NCBI GenBank assembly: GCA_965655095.1
Contig: OZ296649.1
Location: 35,464,001-35,528,000 of the forward strand
DNA length: 64,000 nt
Direction: 5' to 3'
Source of the DNA: Haplodiscus bocki
Taxonomy: Eukaryota
Positions 36,462 through 49,790 of the stretch are shown here, in pieces. Below the pieces are notes generated by a model. That model was not told the DNA's origin and made no database searches. It saw only the letters and a program-made list of their open reading frames with translations. Position numbers and translations under genes: made by a program. The first letter of the stretch is position 1, and each line of letters begins with the position of its first letter.

Positions 36462-39400
36462 TCGACATCCGCGGCAAACAACAAAATTAGCAGTGACCAA
36501 TAATTTCTGGTTACCGGGAAGACGTCAAAGACGAAGTAAAAAACTGCAATGCTTATATCAATCCCTGTAACATTTTAAATCCCGCATGGAGATTACAAGC
36601 AAACTTTACCCGAAAAAACGACAAAATGGGTAATCCCATGAACTTTGGTAGCCTATATCCTTTTAGCAAATGACCGGTAGCGAAAAACTGTAACAACAGA
36701 AGCAAAAAAGGTTTAGATAAAACTGGAAAATCAGTTTAATTTATGAGGGGTACCCAAGACAATCCGTACAAACATCGATTCGGCATTACGAAGCAAAGAA
36801 TTAATAATTCATGCAACAAATATGAGAAAATAAAAATTTCAGAACTATCAGATATACCCACCGCAAAGGATTGGCAGAAGGATCAGCCCGAACAATTAAA
36901 TAATTACTATTGGCTAATCAAGAAGACAGTCTACATTTGGAAGAGAGCGTAAGCTGACCAAAATGGGAGAAGAGATTAACAGTTCATACCTCACAAAAAA
37001 TAAGACCGTTGAAGCATTACCGTATGAAGCCGCGAACGTTAACTAAGACATCAGACATAAAAACAGCACCACTGTCGGCCTAGGAAAACATTGGTATTTC
37101 AGAAAGTCCGACAAACGCTGCCAGTATACGACATGAGACGAAAACGGGAATCCAACCATACTAAAATGCCAAAAAAGGAGAAGCTTGATCGGACAAAGAC
37201 AACCCGTGGAATAACCGACCGGAAAAAGCAAAATAGTGGGGCCAAATTCCTGCACTAGATCTAATAGAATCAACACCAGCAGATCCTTTCAGACTGATTT
37301 CAATTTTCAAAATCCATTGCCGAGTCTGGCCGTACAGTTTTCACCGGAAACAATTGGGTAATAAAAATTAACTAAAATCCAAAACCATTACTATTTACTA
37401 TCCAAGCTAAGTGTGGCCACGTCCCACAGCTGTCAGCCCGCCACAAACAGAAGAAAGAGGACGACGGAAAATTCCGTACGTGGTTTGAAGGAAAAACCAC
37501 ATGATACACCGATGTAAAGATATAAAACGGCACCGGGACACCGATAAAAGCCACCCGCGAACCGGAGACCCAACTGATAAAGCCTAACGACTTTTGTGCC
37601 ATCTGCGGAGGAAGTTCAACCTCAAAAAAAAAGCTTCGAAGGTAAAACACCAGAAAATACGATAGACTCAGGCGGGAATCAAAACATAGGATCATCATCA
37701 ACACTTCTAACCGCGAACCGCCCAGATTATTATTATGGGGGTGCACGGTATTTTTAGAAATCGAAAACCATAGAAATATCATTTATTCGAGAAAACGCAA
37801 CCGAGAAAACTCAGACGGGTCAAGCCGAGGTCATAGCCATACGGCCATCTCGAGAAAATTGGTAAGCAGTAATTTGTATACCCTTCCAAGCTTTGAACAT
37901 GTTGGCAAACAACCGAACTATTGAGTTCCTGAGAAAGCCGCAGATCCTTAGAGAAGATAGCCAAAGTAAAATGAAAGCAAGACACTTTGCCGCCTCTTTT
38001 TGTGATTGAATACTGATATAATCTAATTCCAAATCATTTGTGAGATTTAAAAAAGCCGGTTTTGGACCCGATTGAATTATTCTTTGTCAAGAGGAAATTT
38101 GAAAACAGTTTCTAACACACACCTGGCCCAGAAAGCGATTTTTGAACCGATAAAGAACATGACGGATAACTATAAAGTCCCCATTCCGTACTTTGAATCG
38201 GTCCACCGGGAGAAAACGAAAACAATTGACCTGAAAATAAGGTGAGAGCTGTTCGAACAAAATACCGGGAGAGTCTATGAGAAAAACACATCGAAAAACA
38301 CAAATGAAAGACGAAAAAAGCGTCAGAGAGACCGAATTGGTAAAAGAAATGGGATTACCGATTAAAATTCTACCAAAACGTCAAGCAAAACACAATGAAA
38401 CACAGTGCTCATAAAGCTAGCCACGAAAGATTACGATGTGAACAAAAACGACGTGAAATTTGAAGGCAGAACATTTTCATCCGTAAAGAGCGGCGACGAC
38501 CAAAAACTAGTGGTAATGATTTCAAACCATCCAGATGTCACATTACTTGGTCTAAATTGGTTCGACGCTTCAGACTATGAACTACAGATCAATGAGAACA
38601 CAAACGTTGGAACGATTGGCCAGAAAGAAAAGGAATTGGAACAACGGCTATACAGCAAATACCGCGGATAACTTCCGGACATTCAAACAATTGGAGAGTG
38701 AAAGTTTAAATAACATTGAAAACCGAAATACAAACTATCCGTCGGAAAACCTGACCCAAAAATTCTCCTTTAAGAATGAATATGCACTGAACGAATTAGA
38801 AAACTACAACAAAAAAATCATAGCAATTTTAGAAAAACTACGAAAAAGCATTCTTATCACCCGGTGTAAATATCGTGAAGAAGGACAACAAAGTAGAAAC
38901 AGCTGTAGATTCACGGCAACTAAATGACAGTTGCATAAAGGTACGTCCACAACCCCCCAACATGAATAATTTACTGAGCCGAATTTCAGCAAAAAAAACC
39001 AAAAGATGAAGACGAAATATGGATATCGAAAAATGATCCAGAAAACGTGTATGGACAATTAGTTTGACGAATAAACTAGCATTGTCCTCGCTCCAACTTC
39101 AGGAGAAACTATACTTCTAGTTAAGTTTCAAGGATGGAATCTCCGGACTAACCGAAGGACCCACGATTTTCCTAGAGAAAAATGAACGGACTGGAGAACA
39201 ACGGATACCGGGCGAGCTGTCGAAAGACAAAAATTGCCAGAACGAAACGTTCTGGATTGAAACCAATTATCAAAAGACGGAATACGACACAAAACGGAAA
39301 AAAACCGAAGCAATAGCAAACGTATCGCTGCCTAAGCAACAAAAGAACTAAAATGCTTCGTCAGGGCCGTACACTTTTTTGGAGAGCAGAAAGGACTCGT

Positions 39401-40400
39401 CACAACAAACGGACGACCAGAAGTATTTGAAAACACAGAAAAGATTTGTAATCAAGAGAAAGAAAGAAATTGAAAATTTGACAGACAAAAATGACAAGTC
39501 TTCAGTGTCTAGCACACTACTCTGTGAACAGAAAACTGACATCAAACGACCCATTCAACACTTGACAGCGGGCAACCTTAAAGCAAAAAAGGAAGACTTT
39601 GAAATAATATTCATCGCAGTGCCAAGCAGATATTGAAACAGTACCGAGAAACGGTACGCTATTGGAGAACTACAAGTAACTGGGAGTAGTATAAGCGTTG
39701 GAACACTTGAGATAAGGTACTTACGGGAAACTAAAAGCATACACCGACCACCAGTCAATACAGCCGGTAAAACGGAAAAACCGGACAAAAAACTGCAGAA
39801 AACTAATAGCACATTGCATTGACTGATTACCACACACTGATAACTAAGTACAGCACCTCTAAGGAAAGGAAATCAAAAAGACGGATTACTTCAGTACGAA
39901 TCCTCAAGCAGCCGACACCAGAAATCCATTCGACCAAGAGTATGTAATGAACGCACTAATTCCCGTCAGCCATTGGAGCAAAAAAAATGACCCTGAACAA
40001 AATCTTCACACACGACTTGAGAATGAAAACAGACGGTAATGGCTCAGCGCAGGAAAGCGTAAAGAGATCAGAAGCGAGAGAACGGTCAAATAAAAAGTTC
40101 GATAAATCAAAATCAGTCGAACAACAAACTTACACGGGTAAAGCTTCGAAGGTATTACACTAGATAAAACGGTAACCTCAGGTAGCAACCAAAACATAAA
40201 ATCTTCGACCAGACTTTTAGCCTCCAAAACGCCGGATCAGTATGGGACTCTACGATATTGGTAAAAATCGAAAACCTCAATCATAGTAACCCAAACAATT
40301 TGTTGTAGAAACAGCAACCGATAACCCAGACACATCAAGTCAACATCGAGGACGGTAGGTCAAAGTGAGGTGGACGAATGTGGTATACAGTAGTTCACAC
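36247..40400 (+). pseudogene. Heavily decayed Gypsy-like pol fragments
   Basis: RDHKVVLTVILREWMLSVLQFRHPRQTTKLAVTNNFWLPG resembles the integrase zinc-binding region; VTLLGLNWFD near 38540 resembles a retropepsin C-terminus; purine tract + TG near 40365-40380. Confidence 0.5.
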
Positions 40401-41099
40401 TTCAAATCTTTGAAATTGAACTTGTTGACAAACAACCAAACTACTAAGTTGTTTGTAAAACCTGAGATCAATACAGAAGATAGCTACATTACAATAAAGA
40501 GTAAAAACTTTTCTGCCTCATTTTGTGATTGAGTACCGATCCAAGCTTATTCCATGTTAATCTGGCAAAATAAATAAATTGAATAAAGCAGTGATAGTTC
40601 TCAACTGAAACCTTTGTGGAAAAAAAGCTTTTCTAAAGGAATTTTGAGAACCATTTTGGTAAAATACAACAATGGTTTCAGCTTTCGATTGCAGTAAACC
40701 AAAAATTTTGAAACAATTTGATCACTTTGGAACGCTAAAATCGGGTTCACTACATTCAAATTCCCCAACAAAAAAAACAATGAAATTCCTTTGCCAATAA
40801 CATATACAAGAACTAAATGATTATTTCAAAGGCAAAGTTTATTCGACCAAAATGCAGAAGACACATTTTAAGATTCTATACATCCTTCCACTCAACACGA
40901 ACTTACATTCCGACCACTTCTTTTTGCCGTATAGATATTTCCAGAGTTTCAAAGATGCATGAGAATGCTCTTTAGTTCTTGTCTCCGCAAAGTGACAAAA
41001 ATCAACTTTGGTGATAGATGCAATCAGACTAATCTACGCTGGGATTACCCAATTGAAAAACAAATTTCCATGTTTTAATCACAAAAACTAGGTGAGCTG

Positions 41100-43300
41100 C
41101 TCATTCGGCTCATTGACTTATTGCAATTAGGAATACCAAGACATCTGTTGAAGGCCGGGAGTTGTTTCTCTTTCCATTTCCAAAATTAACGGGCTTACTT
41201 AAATAACTATCATGGAACAGAGCGATACAATTTGATATTTTTCTTATGGGATCACAAGAGGATTCGTACGTGTGATCATTAAAACAGATCTTAAGATCCC
41301 ATTTTACCAGGTACACTATCAAAAAAATAGACGTAATTTCGATTAGTAAGAGAGATCAAGACGACTGAGAATAATGGCTTTGAATAACAGTAGCCATAAA
41401 TCCTCATCATATCTTGAACTAAAGTAAGGAAAAGATTTATGCCGGTTGCCAGTTTACGCAAGATTTCTCAATGCCTCTTTGACCCAGAGTAACACCATCA
41501 TACTTTAAGTGAGGTGGATGGTGCTATTTTTTTCACCGCTGGCCGCTAAGTTCAGCGGAAGCTTTCAGATTCCTGGACTTTTTGGAGAAAAACTACACAT
41601 TCGGTTTACTTAAACTTGGCATCAAATGATACAATTCGAAAAGGTGAACAAGGCCTTCAAAACTTTGGATAGCTGGTTACGTAAATTTCCTCTGCCGGAG
41701 AAAATCAAACTATCATGTGCAAACTGAATAACGCTGCCATCCTGGATTTCGCAATGAAGGGAATCTTTATATAGTGAAGAGGTCCTAGAATGGTACATCG
41801 AGGTACCTCTTGATGGAGGCTGACCCATTCAGATTCAGACCCGTTGTTATTCAATCAGACTTTTGCTTTCTGTCCTTCTTTGAGAACTCTCCTATGATTG
41901 ATTTTGGTAGGAAAGAAAAACTGAATCATGCCAAAAACTCTTACGCAGAACTTGATTTGAGATGGAGTCAAAGGTTTTCTATACAGTCATGATTTTAATT
42001 AAGGCGACAACTTCATTGCATAAGACAACTTTAAGCACGAAAAACTTCGGGAATAATCATTTAGGCCAAAAGTACCAGAAACAAAATATTCTTGAAAATT
42101 TTAGATTATAATGGTGTTTGTTTGAAAATTTTCCAACAAATAGAGCAAACACTAGAAAATGCGTGTGGCCAAATTTTTCATTCTTTGAGAATTTTGTAAC
42201 TTCGAAAAAGTAATTATGGAATTTTACTTCAACGATAGATGCCTCTGATGTGTTTGTGAACGCTGATATCATTTGTCAGCATTAAAGTTTTCAAAAGCTT
42301 TTCTGAAATCAATGTTGAATCTGCTAAGTTTGGAAACCAATGTATTAAAATAGGATGTTAATTAAATACTTTGACTTTTTGCAATTTCTTCTGGAAATTC
42401 AAAGTTGTGAAAAAAGTGATGAAGATAATAGCTCTGGGGAAAAACCAAAACTAACAAATTATGTAATTTGTTTTTTAATATCTTCCGTCATTGTCGTTTT
42501 TTTAACAAAAACTACCAAAATAGGTCTTTGGGACACAACTTCTACTTCTTTGCAGTACTTGTTTCGGCAACTAAAACCACCGTGTGATGGCCCTTCTAAT
42601 GAGCTTTCTCAGAGTACCTTTGCTTACTCTGACCTCCTATTATTCACTTCTCCACTTAGGATATTGAAAAACGTATCAGAAATGCTCAGCCGCATTAATT
42701 AGAATCAAAACTGTATATCAAGGAAAACAGCAAGCACTAAATGTTCTCATCCATTGACTTGGAAAATTCTCAGTACGATGAAAAATTGCATCTATTGCTG
42801 AGGTCCTCATGTGGCAGCCGAATTGTGTTCAACTGAACAATCAATTTGCACAAGATATTCGATCCTTTGCATTTTGAGCACTTTTTTCCGATGCTGGATT
42901 AAGCTGCTGTAGTAGGATTGGGTCTGCATTTCAAAGGATCTTTTTCATCACCCCTCTTGTAAATCGGCGTTACATGTGCTATCTTGAGCTGCTGAGGGAT
43001 TCTTTGTTCTAAGATGGGAGCATCTATCAAGAAAGTGAGATGTGAGTTGACTAATTTTATACAAAGGTATTGTCAAATGGTTATCCGGATCGATTATTAC
43101 CAGGATTCTTGTTTTCACACAGATGGGATGGATCGTGAATTTTCCAAGAGAGGAAGATTTCTAGTTTGGGCAATTGGCAATTTTCTTCTGGTCTGTAATC
43201 AATTCACCAAAGAAACTTTCAGAGGCCTTATAGGTGAAGTAGTTCTATATGAATCGTGGGTTGCATTAATGGACTTCGATTTTCTCCGATCGGTGTCGAA
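41100..43300 (-). pseudogene. Decayed non-LTR retrotransposon (LINE) RT remnant
   Basis: Minus strand 42997-42920 reads PQQLKIAHVTPIYKRGDEKDPLKCRP, like the LINE RT motif PxxxKxAxVxPIxKxGDxxxxxNYRP; boundaries approximate. Confidence 0.55.
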
Positions 43301-43663
43301 CTTTTGAATGATTGACCTTTTAGTATTGAGGTCATCAATTTGGAGACTTTATGAAGAAAATTGAGATATACATCAAGGTTTCTTACGCGAGCAGAACTTT
43401 CGTTGCGCTTTAATCAGCTGTATAATTGATTGTTTGTTTCGGAAATACACTTTTTTATGGTTGTAATCTTCTAGTCATAACAGACATACATTTTATCTTT
43501 GCGCCTTAAGCTTTCAATGCCTTTTCCAAAATATTGACGTGAACATTCCCTCGGCACATTTTCGCCGAGAGAATTCAATCCAATCATTCTTTTCAACCAG
43601 TGCGCTCTTTGTGACAAAAATGACTCTTGATGGAGATTTGCGGGCCTTATTATTTGGCGCCAT

Positions 43664-44138
43664 ATTTAAAATATGGAAGCAAAATCTTCCTCTCAAATGC
43701 GCTATTTCTGACGTTTTTTTTACCCGATGTTTGCCAATTGCGTTCACGCCACATCGGTAAGTTTGTTCACGTTACTGAAGGTGAAATTATTTTTTGACCA
43801 AATTGTGGCAAACTTGCCGTAGAATGCGACTCGAATAGTAAGAATTCTCAAAACGTTCAAAGTTGGGTTTTTTTTGGAAAAACAGATGGGTTTTTTTTTC
43901 GAAATCGATATAGGTGGCAAATTTGCTGTAGAATGCGTATCAAATGGCATTATTTCGTAAAATGTCTTCTCCGCCCTACTTATGAGGTTTTTTGGCGAAA
44001 ATTCAGAAAATTTGGAAGTTGGAAAAGTTAGAAAATATGAAGTGTTTTTTCGAAAAAAAAACGTTTTCATATTCTCAAACTCCTTCTTTACAAAAATAGG
44101 AAGGCGCAAATTATGCCGGTGGTAGCCGGCCGTCTTGT
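43664..44138 (+). mobile_element. Non-autonomous Helitron-like repeat, copy 3
   Basis: Ends with a perfect hairpin GCCGG-tggtag-CCGGC followed by cgtCTTGt; no TIR or TSD seen. Confidence 0.65.
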
Positions 44139-45004
44139 TGAGTTTGATTTCAAAATTTCCAATGTGGCTTGGTGATTACTTTTGATTATAGTGTCTGAGA
44201 CAAAAGTCATTTCGACCGTTTTTGATTGCTGGCGAAAAAAATTCCATCCGTCACTCTCGTCGGTATTGTGGAATTGCATATTCTCAGATTATATGGCACT
44301 TTCACGTTATCCAGGCAGTCTTTTTCTTTTTGGAACGAAAAATTTCAGCAAGCTACTCATTTTTGTTGTCCACGGACTTCAACATCAGATTTTGAGGAAT
44401 GGACCGAAATTAAAACAAGGTTTTAATCTGGCACGTAGTCATTCATCAATATGAGGGCGAGCCAGCCTAAAAGAGTCGACATCATCAATACTCACAAATT
44501 TGAGCTTATTTTCTATACAAAGTCGACTATAAATTGTAAACAACGCGATTGATCGATAAACTTCAATATTTATCAGCCAACTATTAGTGGCATCAGCCAC
44601 ATCCAAGGAAGATGTAGAGAGTAAAGCGCAGAGGCAACTTCTCAGACAAAAAATGAAGGAAACGAAGCTCATCATTTTGAACAACCGACTTCCCGAATTG
44701 TCATGTGGCAATTGTAATGATGGTGAAACTTCCGAAATTAGATCAACCAAACTTTTGTCTAACAAAGCTGAAAATCTTCAAGTTTCGAGTTTTGAATACT
44801 GCTTTCTGAGTTGGTTAGTTACCTATTTGGTCTGCAATTTTGTTGATCACAATTTCAACGTATGTTTTTTTTTCAAATATACTATTGTTCAATAACGTAT
44901 TTTCAAATATACTTTCAATGTATTTCTGATATCAAACTCAATTCAAAAGCCTTAATGTTAGAAAGCGCAGAGACAACAGTATAGGCGAATTAATTTCCAC
45001 TAAC

Positions 45005-45079
45005 CAATTGATGGTGATTTGAAAGGATAAGTGTCTGGCAGGTTAACTCTCAGTTTCCAAACTCCTCCATGATAAGGCG
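45005..45079 (-). CDS. UBE2H: UBE2H coding exon 3
   Basis: cttcag|CG CCT TAT...ATT G|gttagt; [25 protein letters not shown]. Confidence 0.95.
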
Positions 45080-45470
45080 CTGAAGAAGAAATTGGTTTGA
45101 AATTTGCGTAACACGCTTAATGAGGAGACAACCCCATACAAAGTTTTCAGAGAGCAACCCCTGTACCTGGCAGATACTCTGACTGCCAGAGCGCTTATTA
45201 TAATCTGACGTGAATTAGCGGGAGCCATCCTTTCGGAAAGCAAAATTGTTGTTTTTGTTCAGGATTCGTAGCCTTCTGCTGCGGGCGATTTTGACTCCCA
45301 ATCATCATTTCAAAACAGAGTCCCTTATTATTCATTTCTCATCAACAAAAACAAGATCATGAAAGGGATAAAAATTCATAAGGATTTGGTTGATGAAACA
45401 ATTCATAGACGCAGAAAGCACATGTTTATTGAGGACACCGCAGTGGACAATTTTGATATTTTCCGCCCAT

Positions 45471-45897
45471 ATTTATAAGATAGGACGAAAATCCTTCGTC
45501 GGGTGCGTTTTTAAGGTTTACTTGCCAATTGCACGATTCTGGCAAATTCCACGATTTCCAATCTTGGAATTTTTTAGCACCAAATAACACCAAATGTGCT
45601 CTAGACTGCGTATCAAAAAGTAATATATCAAAACTTCGTGTTTCGAGACCAAAATATAGGGTTTTTCAAAACCTGAACTTTTAAGAAAAGTTTTCAAATG
45701 TAGGAAATTTGTTGCAGAATGCGTATGAAGATTTAATATTTCTTAAAAAAGCTTTTCCGGCCGAAATTTAGGATTTTTCGAAAAACTCGAAATTTTCTTC
45801 AATCCAGAAAAACCTACAATTTTCCTTTACTGTTTTAACCTCGAGGGAAGTTTAAAGAAAGGGCGGAAAATATCTCGGTGGTAGCCGGACGTCTTCT
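45471..45897 (+). mobile_element. Non-autonomous Helitron-like repeat, copy 4 (diverged)
   Basis: atttataagataggacgaaaat ... ctcggtggtagccggacgtcttct. Confidence 0.5.
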
Positions 45898-45935
45898 TAT
45901 CACATTCTCTAAACAGACGAAGGAAAGGAACTAAC

Positions 45936-46015
45936 TGTCTTGAGGTCCATAAAACTTCACTGAGAATAGATTCATTTCATCTCCAAGGACAGTCACTTCA
46001 TGTTTACTCTCGATT
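45936..46015 (-). CDS. UBE2H: UBE2H coding exon 2
   Basis: ttttag|A ATC GAG...GAC A|gttagt; IESKHEVTVLGDEMNLFSVKFYGPQD. Confidence 0.95.
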
Positions 46016-46083
46016 CTAAAAAGGAAACAGTGGTTCAAACATGAGCATTAATTTTCAGCTAATCGAGAAAAAAAATCACTCAC

Positions 46084-46136
46084 AGCTTTACTACATCTAC
46101 CTGCATACGTCGACTCCCAGGACTGGGCGAAGACAT
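46084..46136 (-). CDS. UBE2H: UBE2H coding exon 1 (start codon)
   Basis: ATG TCT TCG CCC AGT CCT GGG...AAG CT|gtgagt; MSSPSPGSRRMQVDVVKL closely matches the UBE2H N-terminus. Confidence 0.95.
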
Positions 46137-46269
46137 GTGGGAAACACTAAAAGTGTAAAAACTATCGTACCACTGTATCTGAAAAATAATGCCTACATTA
46201 GTTCGTTTGCCTTTATAGCCCAAGGATCCTCAATAAATAACCGGCAATTATAACTGGATAGTGATTCCC

Positions 46270-46423
46270 CATCGCGCCGAACATTCAAAGCGCCGCAAAA
46301 TGGCAAACTATTCAAGGCGCCGAAAAAATTTCAAAACTCCATAGTTGACTCATACCTTTTCGGCGCTTTGAATACTCTGGTATTCTTTGGCGCTTTGGGT
46401 ATCGATAAATTTTCAGCGCGATG
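46270..46423. repeat. Palindromic MITE-like element just upstream of the UBE2H start codon
   Basis: catcgcgccgaa...ttcagcgcgatg outer inverted repeat, with inner attcaa(a/g)gcgccg / cggcgctttgaat repeats. Confidence 0.6.
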
Positions 46424-46563
46424 AAAAGCCACCGGTTATTGCAACAATGAGCTTGAGATCGTAAACTGTCTGGAGAAAGTAATTGTCGACCTTGTATTCG
46501 AAGTTTGCTTGGACTTTGAATGCTGAATTGAATCCTATGGTCTGAACATCTCAATTGAATCTA

Positions 46564-46635
<72 letters not shown>
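46564..46635 (-). repeat. (CTA)24 microsatellite; 3' tail of the LINE
   Basis: Perfect (TAG)24 on + strand, about 60 bp downstream of the last LINE ORF2 fragment. Confidence 0.9.
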
Positions 46636-46695
46636 ACTTAATTACACTGAGTGCACTACAATTTGCAATCAAAGAAAGAAGTACATAATGGATGT

Positions 46696-49058
46696 TTACA
46701 AAAATTCTCGTTTCACTTCAGATTTAAATTGAATGGGGTTTGTAGTTATATCCATCGACGTCTTTTCTTGAATAAAGTTTGCATATTTGCTAGCTCGGAA
46801 GAAATTATGTTCACTCTTCTTTTTATTTGTATATGGAATATCAAAGGTAATCGAATCGTTACTCCGCAGAGAATATATAGAAGGTAATTTAGCTGTAATA
46901 TAATCACTGACAGGAAAGTCAAAGCCACCATTAATTAATTTGTTGAACATTACAACAACCTTTTCTATGGCATGTTTAATCGGAAGCACTTTCAATATCA
47001 AGAGGCGATTTTGGTAACCAGTTGCAGAAACAGCCCAGCGAGAAACGCATTTTTGGAATCTTTCCAGTTTATCTAAATCGCTTTTTGACGGATACCAAAA
47101 TTCTGAGGCATAAAGAAGTACTGGTAAAATGAAAGTCTTATATAATTTTGATTTCAAGGAAATATTAAGGTGAACTGGAAGATTAGGCTTCAGCTGATGA
47201 AAGGTATTGTAACAGGATTTTAAGCACCAAGTGAGCTTGCAGAAAACATAAATTCCTAGATCTTTAACGAATTCAGATGAATTATTTTCTTTTTCGTTGA
47301 AAAGTAGAGGTGAGTGTGGTTCTTTTCCAATAAACAAAAACTGAGTCTTAGCAGCATTAAATTGCATCAAGTTTATTTTCGACCATTCAACACAAGAATT
47401 TAAATTAGATTATAAGCTCGGCATGGAATTACATATCACTTTATTGTCGTCAGCATACAAGAAAAAAAACGACGAGTTACATACATCTGGAAGATCGTTA
47501 ATGAAGATCACAAATAATAGAGGCCCTAATGAAGAACACTGCGGAACACCGCTTGCAACTGAGGCATGTTCACTGAAAACATCACCAACTTTAACACATT
47601 GATAGCGGTCAGATAGGTAAGAAGAGAAGAGTTTTAATAGTCCACAACCGATACCAAACTTCCTCAATTTGTCAAGCAAAAAAAAATGAGGGACTTTATC
47701 AAAAGCCCTGCTAAAATCCAAATAGCAACAGTGAGCTGTTAAATCGTTGTCGTGTGAAAGATATAGTTCATCCAAGAAAACTAGAAGTTGTAAATTGGTA
47801 GATTTGTTTTTCAGAAAGCCATACTGATGTCGATGAATTTTGTTGCAAAATTTTCGTCAATTAAATGAAATAAAATTTGTTCAAAAGCAAGCGACAATTT
47901 TGACTGTATACCGATAGGTCTATAGGAATTAATAAAGTTACGCGGACCACTCTCGTATACTAGTCTGATGTGCGACATTTTACAGTTTGATGGGAAACAT
48001 GAGGTTTGGGTTAAATGAACGAAAAGTTTCAATACAAGGAAACAATTGTCCGAAGCACATGAAGAGAGAAATGAACCCGGAATTCGATCCAAACCACAGC
48101 CCTCTTTTGTTTACCACAATGCAGAATACACAGCAGAGAAAGTTATAAGAGCACTGTTGAAAAAGTCTTCGGAAAAGTCACCATAAACATGAGCTGGTTT
48201 CTCAAAAGATTTGACAAAGTACGCATTAAAGGCATTAGCTATAGTAATAGGACAATCAGTTAGAAGTTTATCTTCACCAGGCAAATAAAAAGACTGCGTG
48301 AGGCTGTTAGATTTCAATGCGTTAAGGAGTCTAAACGAACCGTGAAGACCACCATTAGACTGACAAAATTGTTCCAAAAAGAGATCAGTATCTAATTTAA
48401 TGGACTCTTCGTAATCTTTATCCAATGAATAAGGATAATTAGATTGAGACTTAAGGAATTTTCGGTAGTACCTCCGAAAAAAAGACCATATCAAATCAAG
48501 CATGTGATTACTATTATGGCTGAGGCGGTCCACTATTAGATGAAAATTTTGTTCTAGCAAAAAGTCAATGAGGGAGCAAAAGCTAACGTCACGTGTGTGA
48601 TACGATTCAGCTTCAAAATCAGGTTGATTGGAATCACCCATAATAAGTGTTTTCGTGCGTTCAAAGCTACGGAGAAGGGATTCTAAGAACCTTTTAATAT
48701 CAAGTGGATTAACACGGTAAGGACTAATTTTAGAAGGATTGTAAAAAATAACAATCAACAGAGGAAACCCCAAATTGATTACGGCAGAACAACAAAAGTC
48801 AGTTTTGACAGATATAGCGTTCAAAGAAATACCATTCCTTCTAATAATAGCTGTACCTCCATGACTTCCGCTTTTCCGATCAGTACGACTGCCAACAATA
48901 TACTCGGAAGAAATAAAAAGGTTAACATTCAAGGAATTGTCTGAACAGGTCTCTGTTAAACATGAAGAATCAAAATTATGAGAATGCGCGAAGGTAATAA
49001 GAGAAAGACGTTTTGAAAAACTTGCTATACTTCTGGAATTTAGCAGACCCAGTTTCAA
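46696..49058 (-). pseudogene. LINE ORF2 (APE endonuclease + reverse transcriptase), disrupted
   Basis: LLNSRSI, CLTET, RTDR..GGTAI, MGDSN, LDL (APE); YRPI, YLDFSRAFDKVPH, SGVPQCSSLGPLLFVIFIND, YADD, KDLGI (RT), split over four ORFs. Confidence 0.92.
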
Positions 49059-49067
49059 AGTAAGTAG

Positions 49068-49790
49068 TCAATCAATGCTCACTAATTGATTTTCATTGTA
49101 GAGTTTCAATCCTCTAATCTTTAAGTGTTTTTTATCGACTCCATTAATATTGATCAAATCATAGCGTTTCGCTAACAACTTCTTTTCAATGATCTTGTTT
49201 TCGCGTGATAATTCAGGGAGCACAAGAATCTTGTCCGAAGTGTACAGCTTGCTTTTCAATGCTTGTGAAAAACAAATCCTTTTATCCCATACGTTTCTGA
49301 AGTAAACTAGGATAGGGCGCGATTTGTCGTTGTCATATTTACCAAGGCGACGACACTCCGATATTTCGACCGAACTGCCAATTTTTGTCAAAATGCTCTC
49401 AACATCTTTTTTTTCAATTTCTTTTCATTGGGGAACTTGACGTCATTTTCTGGCAATCCAACAACTTTTAGCTGGAGTTCATGTTCATCGGTTTTCAAAT
49501 TCAAATCATTTTTCGGTGCATTTACATGTACCGGTGCAGGGGAAGCAAAGGAGCACGACTGATTGGAAGCTGAGTCAAACTTTTTGGCTATACTTTCTGT
49601 TTTTGCTTGAAGATCGTCAATTTTTTCATCAATCTAGATAGCGAAGAAGAGAATGATTGGGCTTCACAAAGATGAATTACAGTATCTTTAAGAAGGTATA
49701 ATGACCAATGTTTTGTAAGTTCTTCGGTTAGAGCCTTGAATTGCTCACAATCACTAACAGACTTCACCATCTCATCAACCGTAATAACCT
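49068..49790 (-). pseudogene. LINE ORF1-like protein, disrupted
   Basis: ECRRLGKYDNDKSRPILVYFRN motif typical of CR1/L2-group ORF1; directly upstream of ORF2. Confidence 0.7.
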
